NCBI GenBank assembly: GCA_964016885.1
Contig: OZ024759.1
Span: forward strand, 930,001-994,000
Source: Eledone cirrhosa
Lineage: Eukaryota
Direction: 5' to 3'
Length of the DNA: 64,000 bases
This document shows, piece after piece, positions 62,550 to 64,000 of this stretch; the first letter of the stretch is position 1, and each line of letters begins with the position of its first letter. Below the pieces are notes generated by a model, which worked only from the letters and a program-made list of their open reading frames with translations, did not search any database and was not told the DNA's origin. A program made the translations under genes and the position numbers.

Positions 62550-64000
62550 TTAGTAACATGACAAAGTCTATATTAGTAACATGACACAGTCTATATTAGT
62601 AACATGACAAAGTCTATATTAGTAACATGACAAAGTCTATATTAGTAACATGACAGTCTATATTAGTAACATGACAAAGTCTATATTAGTAACATGACAA
62701 AGTCTCTATTAGTAACATGACAAAGTCTATATTAGTAACATGACAGTCTATATTAGTAACATGACAAAGTCTCTATTAGTAACATGACAAAGTCTATATT
62801 AGTAACATGACAGTCTATATTAGTAACATGACAAAGTCTATATTAGTAACATGACAGTCTATATTGTAACATGACACAGTCTATATTAGTAACATGACAC
62901 AGTTTATATTAGTAACATGACATAGTCTATATTAGTAACATGACAAAGTCTATATTAGTAACATGACAGTCTATATTGTAACATGACACAGTCTATATTA
63001 GTAACATGACACAGTCTATATTAGTAACATGACAGTCTATATTAGTAACATGACAAAGTCTATATTAGTAACATGACAAAGTCTATATTAGTAACATGAC
63101 AAAGTCTATATTAGTAACATGACAAAGTCTATATTAGTAACATGACAGTCTATATTGTAACATGACACAGTCTCTATTAGTAACATGACACAGTCTATAT
63201 TAGTAACATGACAGTCTATATTAGTAACATGACAAAGTCTATATTAGTAACATGACGGTCTATATTAGTAACATGACAGTCTATATTAGTAGCATGACAA
63301 AGTCTATATTAGTAACATGACACAGTCTATATTAGTAACATGACACAGTCTATATTAGTAACATGACACAGTCTATATTAGTAACATGACAAAGTCTATA
63401 TTAGTAGCATGACAAAGTCTATATTAGTAACATGACACAGTCTATATTAGTAACATGACACAGTCTATATTAGTAACATGACACAGTCTATATTAGTAAC
63501 ATGACAAAGTCTATATTAGTAACATGACACAGTCTATATTAGTAACATGACAAAGTCTATATTAGTAACATGACAGTCTATATTAGTAACATGACAGTCT
63601 ATATTAGTAGCATGACAAAGTCTATATTAGTAACATGACAAAGTCTATATTAGTAACATGACACAGTCTATATTAGTAACATGACACAGTCTATATTAGT
63701 AACATGACAGTCTATATTAGTAGCATGACAAAGTCTATATTAGTAACATGACACAGTCTATATTAGTAACATGACAAAGTCTATATTAGTAACATGACAG
63801 TCTATATTAGTAACATGACACAGTCTATATTAGTAACATGACACAGTCTATATTAGTAACATGACAAAGTCTATATTAGTAACATGACAAAGTCTATATT
63901 AGTAACATGACAGTCTATATTAGTAACATGACAAAGTCTATATTAGTAACATGACACAGTCTATATTAGTAACATGACAAAGTCTCTATTAATAACATGA
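62550..64000 (+). repeat. Diverged copy of the first ~1.4 kb of the window (offset 62532-62599)
   Basis: TCTCTATT 171/62703; GTTTAT...GACATAG 371/62904; GACGG 655/63254; AGTCTCTATTAATAAC 1382/63981. Confidence 0.8.

Larger units (their letters stand above)
1..64000 (+). repeat. Satellite/minisatellite tandem array, 23-bp consensus CATGACAMAGTCTATATTAGTAA with 21-bp variant CATGACAGTCTATATTAGTAA; roughly 2,800 monomers; extends beyond both window edges
   Basis: CATGAC recurs at 2, 25, 48 (23-bp period) and the motif continues in the same orientation on every line to 64000. Main alleles are GAC-AAA-GTC, GAC-ACA-GTC and GAC-A-GTC; TAGTAGCAT and TATTGTAAC are frequent minor alleles. The monomer count is an estimate (64000 / ~22.6). 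Confidence 0.99.

Noticed and set aside
1-64000. CRISPR array (23-bp repeat with partial dyad symmetry)
   Set aside because: There are no unique spacers. Repeats abut directly, the variable part is only 1-3 nt, and there is no leader or cas gene.
1-64000. Repetitive protein-coding region or micro-ORFs (ATG ACA AAG TCT ATA TTA GTA ACA TGA = MTKSILVT*; the 21-mer reads MTVYISN)
   Set aside because: The 23-bp period shifts frame and every frame meets TAA, TAG or TGA within a few monomers on both strands. 21-mers are not in long runs. The ATG...TGA overlap follows trivially from CATGA, and nothing suggests expression.
1-64000. Telomerase-made telomeric repeat (some budding yeasts have 23-25-bp units)
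   Set aside because: There is no G-rich strand (G roughly equals C). Multi-kb blocks copying rare variants indicate recombination or replication-based amplification rather than templated addition.
1-64000. Plasmid iterons or a prokaryotic/phage origin repeat
   Set aside because: Iteron clusters have a few to tens of copies next to a rep gene. Here there are thousands of copies and no gene.
1-64000. Purely artefactual concatemer (rolling-circle/MDA product or random sequencing error)
   Set aside because: Rare variants recur in ordered, hierarchical patterns with copy-private differences, which random error or a single circular template would not produce. Individual duplications could still be mis-assembled.
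1-64000. Hidden insertion, transposon fragment or strand inversion
   Set aside because: Reading through, I found no non-monomer sequence and no reverse-complement monomer (TTACTAATATAGAC). A very short one could have been missed by eye.

Overview
The whole 64 kb window is one uninterrupted, head-to-tail tandem array (satellite/minisatellite DNA) in a single orientation. The consensus monomer is 23 bp, CATGAC(A/C variable: AAA or ACA)GTCTATATTAGTAA, about 26-30% GC. A common 21-bp form (GAC-A-GTC) and minor substitution or 1-bp deletion variants are interspersed. I see no unique sequence, gene, RNA gene, transposon, CRISPR spacer or inversion, and neither array end is in the window. An array this size is typical of eukaryotic satellite DNA, but I cannot assign an organism or a named family. 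The real structure lies in the order of rare monomer variants. Read by hand, they show nested near-identical duplications at offsets of 764, 972, 1393, ~1.6 kb, 2227, ~2.9 kb, 5422, 7705, 10193, ~13.7 kb and possibly ~62.6 kb. They also show two variant-defined domains and a more diverged layer at the right end. Offsets come from counted marker positions; block boundaries are approximate (about 1-3 monomers). I find no evidence for a new gene-encoded system.
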